Source of the DNA: a virus
IMG/VR virus record: IMGVR_UViG_3300029258_003546
Span: 1 to 64,000 of that record
Length of the DNA stretch: 64,000 nt
Strand: one strand, 5' to 3'
Shown here: one piece after another, positions 25,911 to 37,160 of the stretch
Layout: each line of letters starts with the position of its first letter
Numbering within the stretch: position 1 is the first letter of the stretch
Notes under the pieces: model-generated
What the model saw: only the letters and a program-made list of their open reading frames with translations
Databases searched by the model: none
Told to the model about the DNA's origin: nothing
Translations under genes and position numbers: made by a program

Positions 25911-28376
25911 GTGTTTGACTCACAAGTCTTGATGCTACTCGATATATCATACCAACCTTCCAGCGGATTTTCCATCTTATGTCCGCTTTGTCAAGGTACA
26001 GGTTGGGTAGGTGTATCAGAATATGGAACGTACTTCAGCTGCTATCAGTGCGGCTTCAGCGGCGACATGTGCCAGCTGTTCGCCAAGGTCAACCGCATGC
26101 CGGTCACCAGAGCGGCTGCGTTGATAGCTGAGAAGCTGGAATTGTCACAGCCTTCTGATGACGAACTAGACGAATACGTACGTAAGATGCTCAGCAGAAA
26201 CATAGTACGGCGCTGGTGGCGCGAAAGAGCAGAGCATCTGGAGCGCGGTAATTGGAAAGTGTTAGAGCATCTAGGCTTACAACAACCAAGCTACAGCGAT
26301 AGTTGGGCCGCCACAATGGGCAGATTTGCAGGCTTGATGCCTGCGAGTGTGCTGGAAACTTTAGGAGGAAAGCCCAGATCCGAGTGGTATGGTGTTGTGC
26401 CTTATTTTGGAGCTCCGGGACTTATAACCAGCTTGGATCTATGGAACGGAGACAGCTGGAGCAGTCTAAAGCTGGAATCGGGAGATCAAGGTCTGGCATT
26501 TGTGCCCAGGTCGTGTCTACATCAGAAGCTTCTGTGCCTGAGCTCTATAGAGCGCGCCTGCGTGCTGTACCAGGACAACTTTGCGGTATCTACAGCCTAT
26601 CTGCCTTTAGTCGTGATGGGGCCTAGAACAGGCTACTGGGGCTGGATGAACAGGCCTGTTGTTTTCGTGTATACAGGCTCGCTGGATACGTACAGACGCG
26701 CCAGAAAACTGAATACGCTGGTTACAGGAGCGGCGCCATCATCCGGCCTTGCCTCCGAAGTCGTAGTAAAACAGGCGCTGTGCAAGGCTAAGCACTGGCT
26801 TTGGGATTTGGGCGACCGCATGGCGAACTGGAGCACGCAACGCGCTGTTGGCGCCTTAAACGATTTGGATCTGACAGAGCTCGAAAAGGAGCAGATGCTA
26901 GGTTCAGTAAGCCCCGCAAAACGAACCCGGCTGAGCAGCGCTGTATACGCTAAAAGCGCGCTCCGCGGCATCGTCCTGGCGGGCCGCCGTGTGACCGAAG
27001 ATTTCGATGGTTGGCACGTAAAGGATGAGCTGATATCGAACGTCGCTTTCCGCATAAAGACGGTCCGGATCGACGATGAAGATTTTCGCTTGTCATGCGC
27101 CTGCAGAATGCGAAATTTCACATTCGATATCAGCCTTACACGTAAGGAGATGTCGTCGGCAGCTAGACTTCAGCGCAGGTTGCTAGAGCGTATTTGCGAG
27201 GAGGGTAAAAACTATCTGCCAGTCTTTTCATCTACCTGGGTACCAAAATTTTATGATATCGCTGTAAGATTCAAAGAGCCGATAGTCCAAACGCAAAGCC
27301 AGGTGTTAGGCTGGAATACTGCATTTACTCGGTATCATATGCCAGCGTACACGGTAGGCGGAGGGGAGGCGTGCGCCAACGAGACGCGTCATACGTCCAA
27401 GCGTATAGTGACTACCAAATTCTGCCCTCTGACTACGAAGCAACTTCATGTATTGAACGCCGATACGTATCTGGCTGCCGTAACGATGGCAGCTGTTGCT
27501 GTAGGCGCTGCTAATCCTGTAGCCAGAGCGTTGTCCAGGGAACCGGAGAATGTAGGCGTAGTGTGTAATTCGACCATATGGGAAACGATTCTGGGCACTT
27601 TGAAGTCCAATGCAGCCATCTTACGCAACTGTCCAACAGAAGCTTCTCAGCTGTTGACGTCTGGCGTTACGGTCGTAGCTGATCAGGATGACAGCATAGA
27701 GGAGTCAGGCTACATCTCATGCATCACGCCCATGAAAGCCGCCACCATTTTGCAGCCGAACTGGACGTTTGTTGTAATACCGTACAGGCAAATCTTGTCC
27801 AGCGTAAAAGGACAGGTTACGTGGGTATCGGACTACATACGCAGATTCACGCAGACTCGTCAAGTGCCCAATGCAGTATGTCTAGTAGCAGGTCTAATAA
27901 CGGACGTATCAGAACACTGGAATTCTATCTACCCTTCTGATTGGAATATTCCCGCCGCTCTAGCCCGCAGCTTTGTTGAGCAGCAAGTGTACAAGGCTCC
28001 GCTGTGTGACAAGTTTGTAGGCATGGTAGGCGCGCTAGTATCGTCTCTGTCTGATACTACATGTGCTCTGTCTCCTATACGACGCAGGGAGCAGTATGTG
28101 CATGTCGACTACAGGAAACTGCTAGCACTAGCAAAATCAATGAGTCTGAATCTGACGGCTAACTTGGAATCCGTAGCCACATCATTTCAGCTAGACAGAG
28201 GTGTAGAAGCATTTTTGCAGCTAGACAAGTCGCCTACGATAGTGGTACCGTTGGCCGCCTGGGACGAGTATTACAACAAATGGGATGCTTGGAATACAGC
28301 TAGGAAAGAGCAGCTTAACCGTGCGTTGGGGCGATTGCTTCGGCTTCGCCACGAAGATCAGGCCAGTATCCGGTAA
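25911..28376 (+). CDS. Large protein with N-terminal primase-type zinc finger
   Basis: CPLC...CYQCGFSGD N-terminus; remainder unrecognised. Confidence 0.6.
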   Translation: MFDSQVLMLLDISYQPSSGFSILCPLCQGTGWVGVSEYGTYFSCYQCGFSGDMCQLFAKVNRMPVTRAAALIAEKLELSQPSDDELDEYVRKMLSRNIVRRWWRERAEHLERGNWKVLEHLGLQQPSYSDSWAATMGRFAGLMPASVLETLGGKPRSEWYGVVPYFGAPGLITSLDLWNGDSWSSLKLESGDQGLAFVPRSCLHQKLLCLSSIERACVLYQDNFAVSTAYLPLVVMGPRTGYWGWMNRPVVFVYTGSLDTYRRARKLNTLVTGAAPSSGLASEVVVKQALCKAKHWLWDLGDRMANWSTQRAVGALNDLDLTELEKEQMLGSVSPAKRTRLSSAVYAKSALRGIVLAGRRVTEDFDGWHVKDELISNVAFRIKTVRIDDEDFRLSCACRMRNFTFDISLTRKEMSSAARLQRRLLERICEEGKNYLPVFSSTWVPKFYDIAVRFKEPIVQTQSQVLGWNTAFTRYHMPAYTVGGGEACANETRHTSKRIVTTKFCPLTTKQLHVLNADTYLAAVTMAAVAVGAANPVARALSREPENVGVVCNSTIWETILGTLKSNAAILRNCPTEASQLLTSGVTVVADQDDSIEESGYISCITPMKAATILQPNWTFVVIPYRQILSSVKGQVTWVSDYIRRFTQTRQVPNAVCLVAGLITDVSEHWNSIYPSDWNIPAALARSFVEQQVYKAPLCDKFVGMVGALVSSLSDTTCALSPIRRREQYVHVDYRKLLALAKSMSLNLTANLESVATSFQLDRGVEAFLQLDKSPTIVVPLAAWDEYYNKWDAWNTARKEQLNRALGRLLRLRHEDQASIR

Positions 28377-30030
28377 CTCGGCATAGAGCTAATACACCTG
28401 TTACCACAGCATGAACGAAATCGTCAGGCACTTTAGGATTCCGCGCCATAATATACGTATCGCCGCGGCTGGGTGTATAGTGAGACTCTTCTCGCAACGA
28501 CAGAAAGTCCTGCAATAAAGGCTCGATCTTGCTCCAGTCAGGAAAGAGAATATAGCCGTTTTTTATTAGCCGTAATATATAACTGACAGCCCTGGTTTTG
28601 TCTGCTGAGTAGTAGTATCCCGGCCTAGTATTCGTAGGTGGGTGGACTACCAACAAGGCCCGTCCCGGCTCGGCGCGGGTATATCTGAAACTAAACAGCT
28701 CGTTCGGTCCCATATCAGCCACCTGCTTCAGATAGTCTTCTCGCAATATGCCGGCCTCGGCAAAGTCATGGGCTAGCAGCTCACAGCCCATAGTACGTTT
28801 CAGCCAGGCTACACGTTTGGCTTCGTCCTCAATGGTAGCGTGCAGAGGTACACGTTCGCCGTATAGTACATGGAAACGTCCGTGTTCCAACACTATCAGC
28901 GCCTGTGCTGTAGTTGACGACGTAAGATCTCCACGTCCGCTCCAGTCTACACCCAAGATAGCGTGCTGAGACTTGAAACGCTCGGCTTTTACCGCATCCA
29001 GGTTAGTAGTATCTACCGACAATGTACAGGCACGCACGAGCTCGCTGCGGGTAATAGGCTTGGATCCTACGTCGAACGTGATGCCCATACGTTCCTGATA
29101 GAAACGTCTTGGCGCTTCTTCTTCATACGCCTCCATCAAACGCTTCCACTTGCGAGCACTGTTGCAGTGCAGCGGAACAACGGCTTGTGGTATATGCCAG
29201 CCAGCAAATTCATCGACTCTGTCAGGTCGCTGCGGCTGGAATTCGCCGCTGAATGTATCTAGCAGCTTGCCGCATTTTGCGCAGCTGAGGCCTCTTTTCT
29301 GCAGCATTCCTGTCAAATCTGCGTCCAGGGTGGGGATATTATAATGTCCGCAGCTGCAAGGTATGGCCCACTCGTATTGACAGCTCTTGTTCCATAGAAG
29401 GTCAATGAAGTTGTCTTCGGTAGACGCGGTGCCGGTGAACACTGCAATCTCGTATTTTGAAGCATCCATACAACGAGCTATAACGGGGAAGAAATCAGGA
29501 TCAAATAGCTGGCACTCGTCAACGAACGTAATATCGGCCGAGATCCCTCGGATGCGGTCTGGATCGTCTGATGCATAGGACAGATGCAGTAGTGATCCGT
29601 TCGTGAAGTTCTTCTGGAATACTCCAGAAGTGTTTTCAAGGTACGATCTAAGCTCTGACGAGCGATAGATGAACGGTCGTAAATGGTTATTGCTGAAACG
29701 TTTAGCCGCTCGTTCTGCGGGCTGTAGAAATAAGCTGTTAAAGAACGGAATGTAGATCGAGTAGCACAGTCCTCTAGCTGCTATAGAAGTAGTCTTGCTG
29801 ACTTGTCTGCCGCACATCCACACCTCATACGCAGGCGGAGTAAACGAATACATGGGTTTCATCATAGGATAGTCGTCTATGGATAACGGCAGATTTTTCA
29901 ACGTAAACAGACTGCTCAGCGCCGGCTCAAACGACTGCGCCTCTTTCATGCGTCTGAGAGCTGCTTTCTGAGCCGCGCCCAGCAGATCTGTATCTGCGTT
30001 TGTTGTGTCTGTACGCGCTGTTTCTGGCAC
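28315..30030 (-). CDS. terL: Terminase large subunit
   Basis: Walker A-like GRQVSKTT, RIRGISAD..FVDE.Q, coupling GT, CxxC zinc modules, RNase H nuclease GVDWSG and PDDFVHA. Confidence 0.9.
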   Translation of the reverse strand: MPETARTDTTNADTDLLGAAQKAALRRMKEAQSFEPALSSLFTLKNLPLSIDDYPMMKPMYSFTPPAYEVWMCGRQVSKTTSIAARGLCYSIYIPFFNSLFLQPAERAAKRFSNNHLRPFIYRSSELRSYLENTSGVFQKNFTNGSLLHLSYASDDPDRIRGISADITFVDECQLFDPDFFPVIARCMDASKYEIAVFTGTASTEDNFIDLLWNKSCQYEWAIPCSCGHYNIPTLDADLTGMLQKRGLSCAKCGKLLDTFSGEFQPQRPDRVDEFAGWHIPQAVVPLHCNSARKWKRLMEAYEEEAPRRFYQERMGITFDVGSKPITRSELVRACTLSVDTTNLDAVKAERFKSQHAILGVDWSGRGDLTSSTTAQALIVLEHGRFHVLYGERVPLHATIEDEAKRVAWLKRTMGCELLAHDFAEAGILREDYLKQVADMGPNELFSFRYTRAEPGRALLVVHPPTNTRPGYYYSADKTRAVSYILRLIKNGYILFPDWSKIEPLLQDFLSLREESHYTPSRGDTYIMARNPKVPDDFVHAVVTGVLALCRVTGYWPDLRGEAEAIAPTHG

Positions 30031-30473
30031 CTAAACCAGGATAAGCGACTATAGACGCTGTGTCAATCCACTCGATTGTGTCGAGCTGGAGACTCGTTTA
30101 CCTTTGTAGAGGTATACAATATGATTTTTATTCTAAGATGGCAAAGAAAGGTCCGTTTGGCGTACTGGAGAGTTACGTAGCAGTATATGTTGTAGGTGCT
30201 ATAATAGTGTTTTGGATCGTACAGCCGTACCTGGAAGGCCTGATAGCGCTAGCGCTGTTGATAGGTGTTCTAGTCCTAGTAAGAAAGATTCTGGAGGCGT
30301 CGAATGAGCGTAAGTAGAGATTCTAGACATTACGTACGAAATTCGGTAATCAGAGCTACCCGTACGGTAAGCAGATTTATGCGACGTAGACTGCGACTTC
30401 ATGACAAGCCTGTGACGCACGATCCGCACGATCTGACGCCGGATCGCGCGACGAAAATGGAGGACGAAGTAGA

Positions 30474-30773
30474 ATGAGCTGGGGAACGGTGCTCTGGTGG
30501 TCTATTATTCTGGCCGTTGCCAATGCGGCTATCGTCAAGACCCTTTACGAAGGATCGATATTCGAGCGCCCAAAAGACTGGTTAGCTTCTAAGTCAGAAC
30601 GGGGTGGATGGTTGGCTCATATGATTTTGGAGTGGTGGGGTTGCGCCTACTGTATAAGTCATTGGACAGCAGCAGTATTGTGTGCCTGGGTAGTATATTT
30701 CAAAGCTTTCCCCTGGTGGTCGTTTCCTGTCATGTTGCTGATAGTTATACGAATTAGTAATCTAGATCTGTAG
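30474..30773 (+). CDS. DUF1360-like membrane protein
   Basis: IF...R.WL ... CxYCxSxW motif between TM helices. Confidence 0.65.
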   Translation: MSWGTVLWWSIILAVANAAIVKTLYEGSIFERPKDWLASKSERGGWLAHMILEWWGCAYCISHWTAAVLCAWVVYFKAFPWWSFPVMLLIVIRISNLDL

Positions 30774-30842
30774 CAATCGCGTTGTACGCGATAATCCTTG
30801 GCTGTGTCCGCAGGCACAGCATCATCTGGAGGCGCAGAATCG

Positions 30843-33380
30843 ATGATTCAGGCGTATGCAATAGGCGGACGAGTTTCCATGCCGGCCTTCCGCTTTCAGA
30901 GTACCAGCAGAAGCGGCGGCGGCCGCTGTACAGAAAGCCTAGTATTTCTGTTTAGAGGCCGATCATATAGTACTAGTACGGGGCTTAGGATAGGTTCGAT
31001 GTCACAGGGGCGGCGCAGGTTTTACCATACTTCTGCTTCTAGAGATTCTGTTGGTCGCGTATACAAATCTCTGTAAGTGCAGAGAGGAGCTACGATGAGT
31101 GCGGTGTTTCTAGCTACGCCCTATACTTTTCACTGTAGAAGCGGTAGAAAAGTTCGCAGCACTTGCCTTGAAAGGGATAGAAGCTCATGCTTCTCAGGTG
31201 AGATACGCTTCACGCACGAGAGCGGTGAAATAAGATCGTTTACAGGGTACTATGACACTATATTCTCGAGCTACGAGGCGATATGCGCGTCGAGTCCTAC
31301 CGGTTCTTACATGCCCACGGTCAGAGACAGTAATCCCCGCCGATAGAACGGAGGTGCGTGATGTATTTGTATGTTTCTGATAGAGTAGACGCATTTGGCT
31401 GCAAATGTTCCAGACAGTACAGAAGCTGCGCGCGAACCAGGCGCAGAATTGCTGCAGTAAGCAACGTCGGAATAATTTATGGCAGCGTTTCTGGTATTTC
31501 CAGGCGCCTCGGAAACGTTGTTCGTCGGGTAGCATACGCTGCCTATGTTCGCAATAATGCCGGTCGGAAATACCCTTGTTACGTTGCTGTCAGCTACAGT
31601 CAAACAAGCAAGGAGGTACGATGAAGGTAAATAACGGAACACCTGTACGGATCCGGTGGCGCAGAAAGGCGAAGCCTAGATGGAACGGGCAGACTGGTGT
31701 TGTTAAAAAGGCGCACATAGGCCAGCCTGGTTCGAGAGTGCACCTGGTGCAGCTGAATAAACCGTTTCTTATGCCAACGGCAAAGAAGGGGATTAAAGAG
31801 CTGCTTATATCTGAGCGCGATTTGGAAATTCTGGAGGACGAATAGCTATGGCTATGTACGAGCCTGATAATGATCTTCACCTGTTCGTTGTGAAAGTACA
31901 AGCCAAGTGGGATTACCTGACTGCGGTGGTGCGCGCTTCTGATTGTATCGCAGCAGAGCGGCTAGCTATAGATCTAGCTAAACAACAATGGTATGAAATC
32001 GTATACAAGGACGGATTGGAAGTCACTGATTGTATAAAGCTGGATCCTGATGGTACAGCTGAAGTAGTACATGCTACGTGGTTCGCTGTGGGGTAGAGTC
32101 TGATTTAGGAGCCAGCCAGTAATGGTCCACGCATGGTTTATTGCGTACAGATGGTATCAAAAGTCTCGTAGTGGGTGCTTCATCAGCCCAGCACTCCGCA
32201 GCGTGGCTGCTTCGCATGCTATGTATGGTCACAAGACGTCAAGTGGATGCTCTTCTGCTAGGCACAAATATATGGTGGTATCACAGTCAAAAAGCCGCAC
32301 ACGCAGACGTGTGAGAAGCGAGAGCTAGATGAATTTCGAAAGGATTCAAGATGTTGTACGCGTGGACAGAGGTGCCTGTACGGCAGACGAGAACAAGCAG
32401 AACGCAAGGATTTCTCATAAGCAGCTCTCGTACACGAGTTTCTAGCTTATGCAGTTCCGGCACGAGGGGAAAGATTTCGGCATCCCTGTCAAGATATCAT
32501 TATGGGCCGGAATGGCTAAGCTATGTGGTTCGCAGTTCAACTGGCACGCTCTTATATAGCCAACGTACGCGATAGGTGCTGTTCGAATAGGAGGGTGTGC
32601 ATGTGTATCGGCGTGCATCTTTCCAGGGGTCGGGTATCCCGCTGCTGCGGCCGCAGCGTGAGATATCTGAGCGCGTGTTTAGTCGATCGTAACGGCGTGG
32701 GCGGCGAAGTTTATCATCTTCGCATCAATAACAGCTGTAGCAGCTGTCAAGCAGGGCGCAGATGCCGCTCGTTTTCAACCGTAAACAGCACAGTAGCTGC
32801 TGGCTTGATACCGTACAGAGTACAAAGCTGGAGTCGAAGATACAGCGGACTGTACTAGGCTGGGGAAGGAGGAGTATATGTTTGTGCCGGGCCACCATCC
32901 TGTCGAAGGTGACTGGTCTTATTGCCTATTTACTCGCAGAAGAAAAGCATGGTGCAGCGTAATAAACAGGCCGGGCAGATCCAGAACGGGTAGCAGTCGC
33001 AGTGCCGGTAAAAGAAGATCGAAGACGTTGTCGGCATCAGACAGCGGAGCCTTGCGTACATGTAAACGCAGCTGGATCAGGTGCAGAGGCGGAATTTACA
33101 GAGCTTGAGCTCGGGAGCAGCAGCAGCGATGTATATGCAGACAGCTATGTACGGACGCGCAGCCATGTCTTGTCGTAGCATATCAGGACGGAACAGCATT
33201 GTACGTAGCAAGGCAACAACAGGGAGCGGGAGTTTCAGATCAACTTGCTACGATCTATCTCGTACATACCCGGCCATATACAGCTCGGCTTGCCGCTCCC
33301 AGTACTGGCTCGGCTCGTTAGCAGATAAAAGAAACTGCAGCACAGTCGATCATACGTTGTCTCAACCAGCAAGGAGTTAA
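30843..33380 (+). other. Cluster of Ser/Arg/Cys-rich small ORFs interspersed with two ordinary small genes (31621-31845, 31848-32096)
   Basis: 30843-31076, 31095-31346, 31358-31624, 32122-32328, 32351-32575, 32601-32858, 32878-33108, 33129-33380. Confidence 0.45.
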
Positions 33381-33382
33381 AT

Positions 33383-34390
33383 ATGCGTGCGGTCGTAACA
33401 GGCGACACACACTTGAATGCCAAGCCGTATAAAGCAGTCGAGAGTTTTTACGGCTTATGGCAAGCATTCCAAATCGCTCAGGCGCGTAATCTGCCATTAG
33501 TGCATCTGGGCGACATGTTTGACAGTACCAGACCTTCATCTTCTACATGTAGCGTGCTCCAGCGCGTGGCCAGGAACTTTGACTCAACTAAAATATTCTA
33601 TATTCTGGGCAACCACGACAAGACTGACAATCCGTGGCAGGAGACCATACTGAAAAATGCCGAGCATCTGCCGTCGAATGTGGGTCTTGACTATACATCT
33701 GAGCCTGACGAAGTGATACGATTCATTAAGACATCTGCGTGTCCGGTAGTTTGCGTACACGCGTTTATAGGCGATATTCTACCATCCAGCACGATCCCCA
33801 TAGAGAGCATAAGTCCTAGTCCAACAGTATTGTCGGGGCATTTTCATGTGCCGTGCCAGATAGAGGCGCCAGGAGCCAAGGTTGTCTATGTTGGTAGTTC
33901 CCATCAGGTTGTCAAATTCAGGGAACCAGAAGCCTCTTTTATAGCTCATCCGACGAACAACAAGCGCGTACTGGTCGTTGATTTTGAGACTGGCGAAATG
34001 GAGGGGATAGAACTTCAAACACGTCAGTATGTGACGGTAATAGCGTTGGAAGATATAAAGGTACCGGATACTATAGGTGAGCCTGTTTCTCTACCGCCTG
34101 CGCTCAGTATATTGACCGGCGTCAAAGCTCTAAGACCGTTTGTACGGGTCGTCTACAGCGATAAGTATACGCCTGCTGATGTGCATGATCTATTTGATGA
34201 ACGTCTCACAATACTGGAAACGATGCCAGCGCCAGTATCAAAGAAAGCGGTTGATTCGGAATTCTGGTCGCTGGAAGACGTCTTGTGTGAGTATCTACCT
34301 GCTGGCGATGCTAGGTCCTTTGTGGAAAGCCTGGTGCAAAATCCGGAGGATGCGGTAAGTGATCTGCGTAAACAGTTTGAAGTTGACTAA
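33383..34390 (+). CDS. sbcD: Mre11/SbcD-like metallophosphoesterase nuclease
   Basis: GDTH, GDMFD, GNHD, H, SGHFH, YVGS motifs. Confidence 0.9.
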   Translation: MRAVVTGDTHLNAKPYKAVESFYGLWQAFQIAQARNLPLVHLGDMFDSTRPSSSTCSVLQRVARNFDSTKIFYILGNHDKTDNPWQETILKNAEHLPSNVGLDYTSEPDEVIRFIKTSACPVVCVHAFIGDILPSSTIPIESISPSPTVLSGHFHVPCQIEAPGAKVVYVGSSHQVVKFREPEASFIAHPTNNKRVLVVDFETGEMEGIELQTRQYVTVIALEDIKVPDTIGEPVSLPPALSILTGVKALRPFVRVVYSDKYTPADVHDLFDERLTILETMPAPVSKKAVDSEFWSLEDVLCEYLPAGDARSFVESLVQNPEDAVSDLRKQFEVD

Positions 34391-36494
34391 CTTTGGCTGC
34401 TATCGAGCGGCCGATTTGGTGTTTCCCGCTGTTGGTGTTATTGGCATTGTCGGACCTAACGGTTCTGGCAAATCGACTATTCTGGAAGCAATACGTTTTC
34501 TCATATCAGGACGGGTATCAGGCACTCTGTCTACTATGGTAACGACAGGAGAATCTGCCGGTAAGGTTTCAGGCGAGATCACTATTACGCTTCCCGGACA
34601 ACAGCCGTTCAATGTGGCGATAACGCGTCCCTTGCAGGGTCGGCATACTGCTAAACTCGCTGGAACGAAGGTAACTGGTGCTAAGGCTGTGACTGAGAAG
34701 CTTCAGGAGCTGCTGGGCGTCTCACCAGTCAGACTGGTCGAGACCAGCTTGCCAGTATTCAGCGCTCAGACTGCTCTGTTGACAGCTGCCCCGGTAGAAC
34801 GCGTAAGCTTGTGGGAGCGGCTGTTAGACTGCGAGAAGTTTCGCGCAGCCAGGGCTTGCGCAGTCAAGCACCTGAAAGCTGCCGCTGTTACAGACTTCTC
34901 AGATGCCATTTCTTCTCTGCGAGCCGGCATTGAGCGGAACGAACAGCAGCATCACGAGCTGGAGGACAAATTTCTGTCGATCAAGCTCGGCCTGGAGGCT
35001 ATGCGGCTGGTAGAAAACGATATGAGAGCGATGGTCACGGAAGCACATAAACGAGCATCCAGCAACCGTGAAGCCACTGCTAATGCCGAGGCGATAAGCC
35101 GTTTACAGCGGAAAATAGATGAGCTTGCTCAACGCAAGACGGAAAATCAGAGGAAGCTGGACGACGCTGTTGTTGAGCAGCTACGTTTACGCACCGAGTG
35201 CGAAAGGCTTGGTTTAGAACCGACTGCTACTGCGGCACAGATCCGCACGATCAGGAATTACGCGGCAGAAAAATCAACCTGTCAACGAGAAGTAGAGCGG
35301 CTACAGAAGTCACTAGACAAAACGGCTCAATCGATGGAGAAGCTTGCCGGCTGCAAGGAACAATTGGAGCAGGCGCAGCAGCAACAGCACGCAGCGATGG
35401 CAGAGAAAGAGCTGGCAGATGAAGTGCTGTCGCATATGAGTCAGGACGGAACCTGCTACGTTTGTAAGCAGGATATTTCAGAGCTGAATCTAGCGCAAAC
35501 ATACGAAGCTCAGCAGAAGCGAGCTGCGACAATTCTGGACAAGCTGTACGTTGAGCTGATACAGCTGCGGCAGCAGTCTGCTCACCTGGATTCACTGTCC
35601 GGTCGACGCGAGCAGATTGAGAAGGATTTGTCCAAGGCCAGTACCGCCCTTCGAGTTGCGAAGAAGCGTCTGCCTGCTAACGAAGCTACTACACCGCGAC
35701 AGATAGACGGCTTATTGGCCGACATGGATCGCATGCCTGATGCGCAGGCGTGCAGAGATGCTGTAGAAAACATCGAGCGCCAGCTGGCCGAGTTGTGCCT
35801 TGAATTGACAAAGCTGGAGGAGGCTGGTCTGTCTTTTATAACACCCACCAAAGCTCAACTAGAAGCTGAACAGGCGGCAGAAAAGGGTCTGGAAAGGATA
35901 AGCCAGCTGGAAGGGCAAATGATAGCTACACAGCCGCAGCTGAAGCGCTATGAGAAAGAAGCTTCTGAGCTGCACAGTGATTTAGAGAGGATGACTGCCA
36001 AACAGGAAGGTGTAGAAAGGCAGAAAGCGTTTTATGACCTGCTGCAGGTAGCTGTTGATCTTCTACACCCAAGCAAGCTGCCCAGAAAGTATATGTCTGC
36101 CCGGCTCCACGAGGTAGAAGCTGATATCAATGCTACGCTGCAGAATATGAGCAGCAGATTTTCCGTCTCTATTACCGACGAGTGTGAAATACTAGCTGTA
36201 TTTGAGGACGGGCTCACCAGGTCTACTACCATGATGTCGCCCGGCGAGCTTTTGAGGTTGGCGGTAGCTTTGCGCATAGCTTTACAGCGATGCGTAGTGC
36301 GTAGTGGCATCATGAGTTTCGATGAGCCTACCGCTCATCTAGACGAGAATTCTCGAGACGCTGTGGGCTTGGCTGCAGACGCGTTGAAGGACGGAGTGAG
36401 CCAGGTATTTCTGATCACGCACTATGCGCCGCTGTGCGCCAAGGTTGACCGCCTGATACGTGTTGCGCAGGATCATACGGTTACAGTCTGCTAG
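34359..36494 (+). CDS. sbcC: Rad50/SbcC-like ATPase
   Basis: GPNGSGKST, coiled coil with CYVC zinc hook, MSPGE signature, FDEPT, ITH. Confidence 0.92.
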   Translation: MICVNSLKLTNFGCYRAADLVFPAVGVIGIVGPNGSGKSTILEAIRFLISGRVSGTLSTMVTTGESAGKVSGEITITLPGQQPFNVAITRPLQGRHTAKLAGTKVTGAKAVTEKLQELLGVSPVRLVETSLPVFSAQTALLTAAPVERVSLWERLLDCEKFRAARACAVKHLKAAAVTDFSDAISSLRAGIERNEQQHHELEDKFLSIKLGLEAMRLVENDMRAMVTEAHKRASSNREATANAEAISRLQRKIDELAQRKTENQRKLDDAVVEQLRLRTECERLGLEPTATAAQIRTIRNYAAEKSTCQREVERLQKSLDKTAQSMEKLAGCKEQLEQAQQQQHAAMAEKELADEVLSHMSQDGTCYVCKQDISELNLAQTYEAQQKRAATILDKLYVELIQLRQQSAHLDSLSGRREQIEKDLSKASTALRVAKKRLPANEATTPRQIDGLLADMDRMPDAQACRDAVENIERQLAELCLELTKLEEAGLSFITPTKAQLEAEQAAEKGLERISQLEGQMIATQPQLKRYEKEASELHSDLERMTAKQEGVERQKAFYDLLQVAVDLLHPSKLPRKYMSARLHEVEADINATLQNMSSRFSVSITDECEILAVFEDGLTRSTTMMSPGELLRLAVALRIALQRCVVRSGIMSFDEPTAHLDENSRDAVGLAADALKDGVSQVFLITHYAPLCAKVDRLIRVAQDHTVTVC

Positions 36495-36791
36495 AATCGA
36501 CACCTTGCTGAAAGGATCTGTTATGCATGCTGCGCTGCTGCAGAGTAAAAGGCGATACGCGATGTACGGTTCGCAGTACGGAAGCTATTGCAGAAACAGC
36601 CACAGAGCGAGGGCATTCGACAGCTATTGCCGTGTTAAGAATGATCGGCTCATTTGTAAGCGATCGTACATTGCCTCGATGATTTATCGAGATCTGCGCA
36701 TTTCAGCCTCTCTAGCTGTCACTGGTCGTGGTAAATCACTTCGCGGCTCACGAGCAAGGGCGCACGAGATAACGTTTGTCAGCTGTTCGTC

Positions 36792-36819
36792 GCAAATCTG
36801 CTAGGACTAGCAAATTTGT
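36792..36819. promoter_or_regulatory. Extended TGCTAGGACTAGCA palindrome
   Basis: gcaaatctgctag-ga-ctagcaaatttgt, just upstream of an RBS. Confidence 0.55.
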
Positions 36820-37160
36820 GCTCAAGGAGAATGAAGCGTGGTAGCCGCTATTTTGACAGCTGCATCATGCGTGCACCATACCGAGCACCATACCTGTTTT
36901 GAGATTTACAGCGGTTGCACTTCGAAGTACAACTTCAGTGTACGTACCAGCCGCGTGTATGCGCGCCTCAACCGTTTCCCTGGAGGTTTGATGCCTTTCA
37001 ACAGATCTAGAGTCCATATGCCGCATCGAACCTCAAGTTACAGGACGAGTATACGATCTGTGGCAGGGTACGCATCAAACAAACGCGCTATACTTTCCCA
37101 CACCGCGCAGATGTTCGCGTCTATAAGCGAAAAAGGAAAGGAATAGGCAGATGAAAACGT

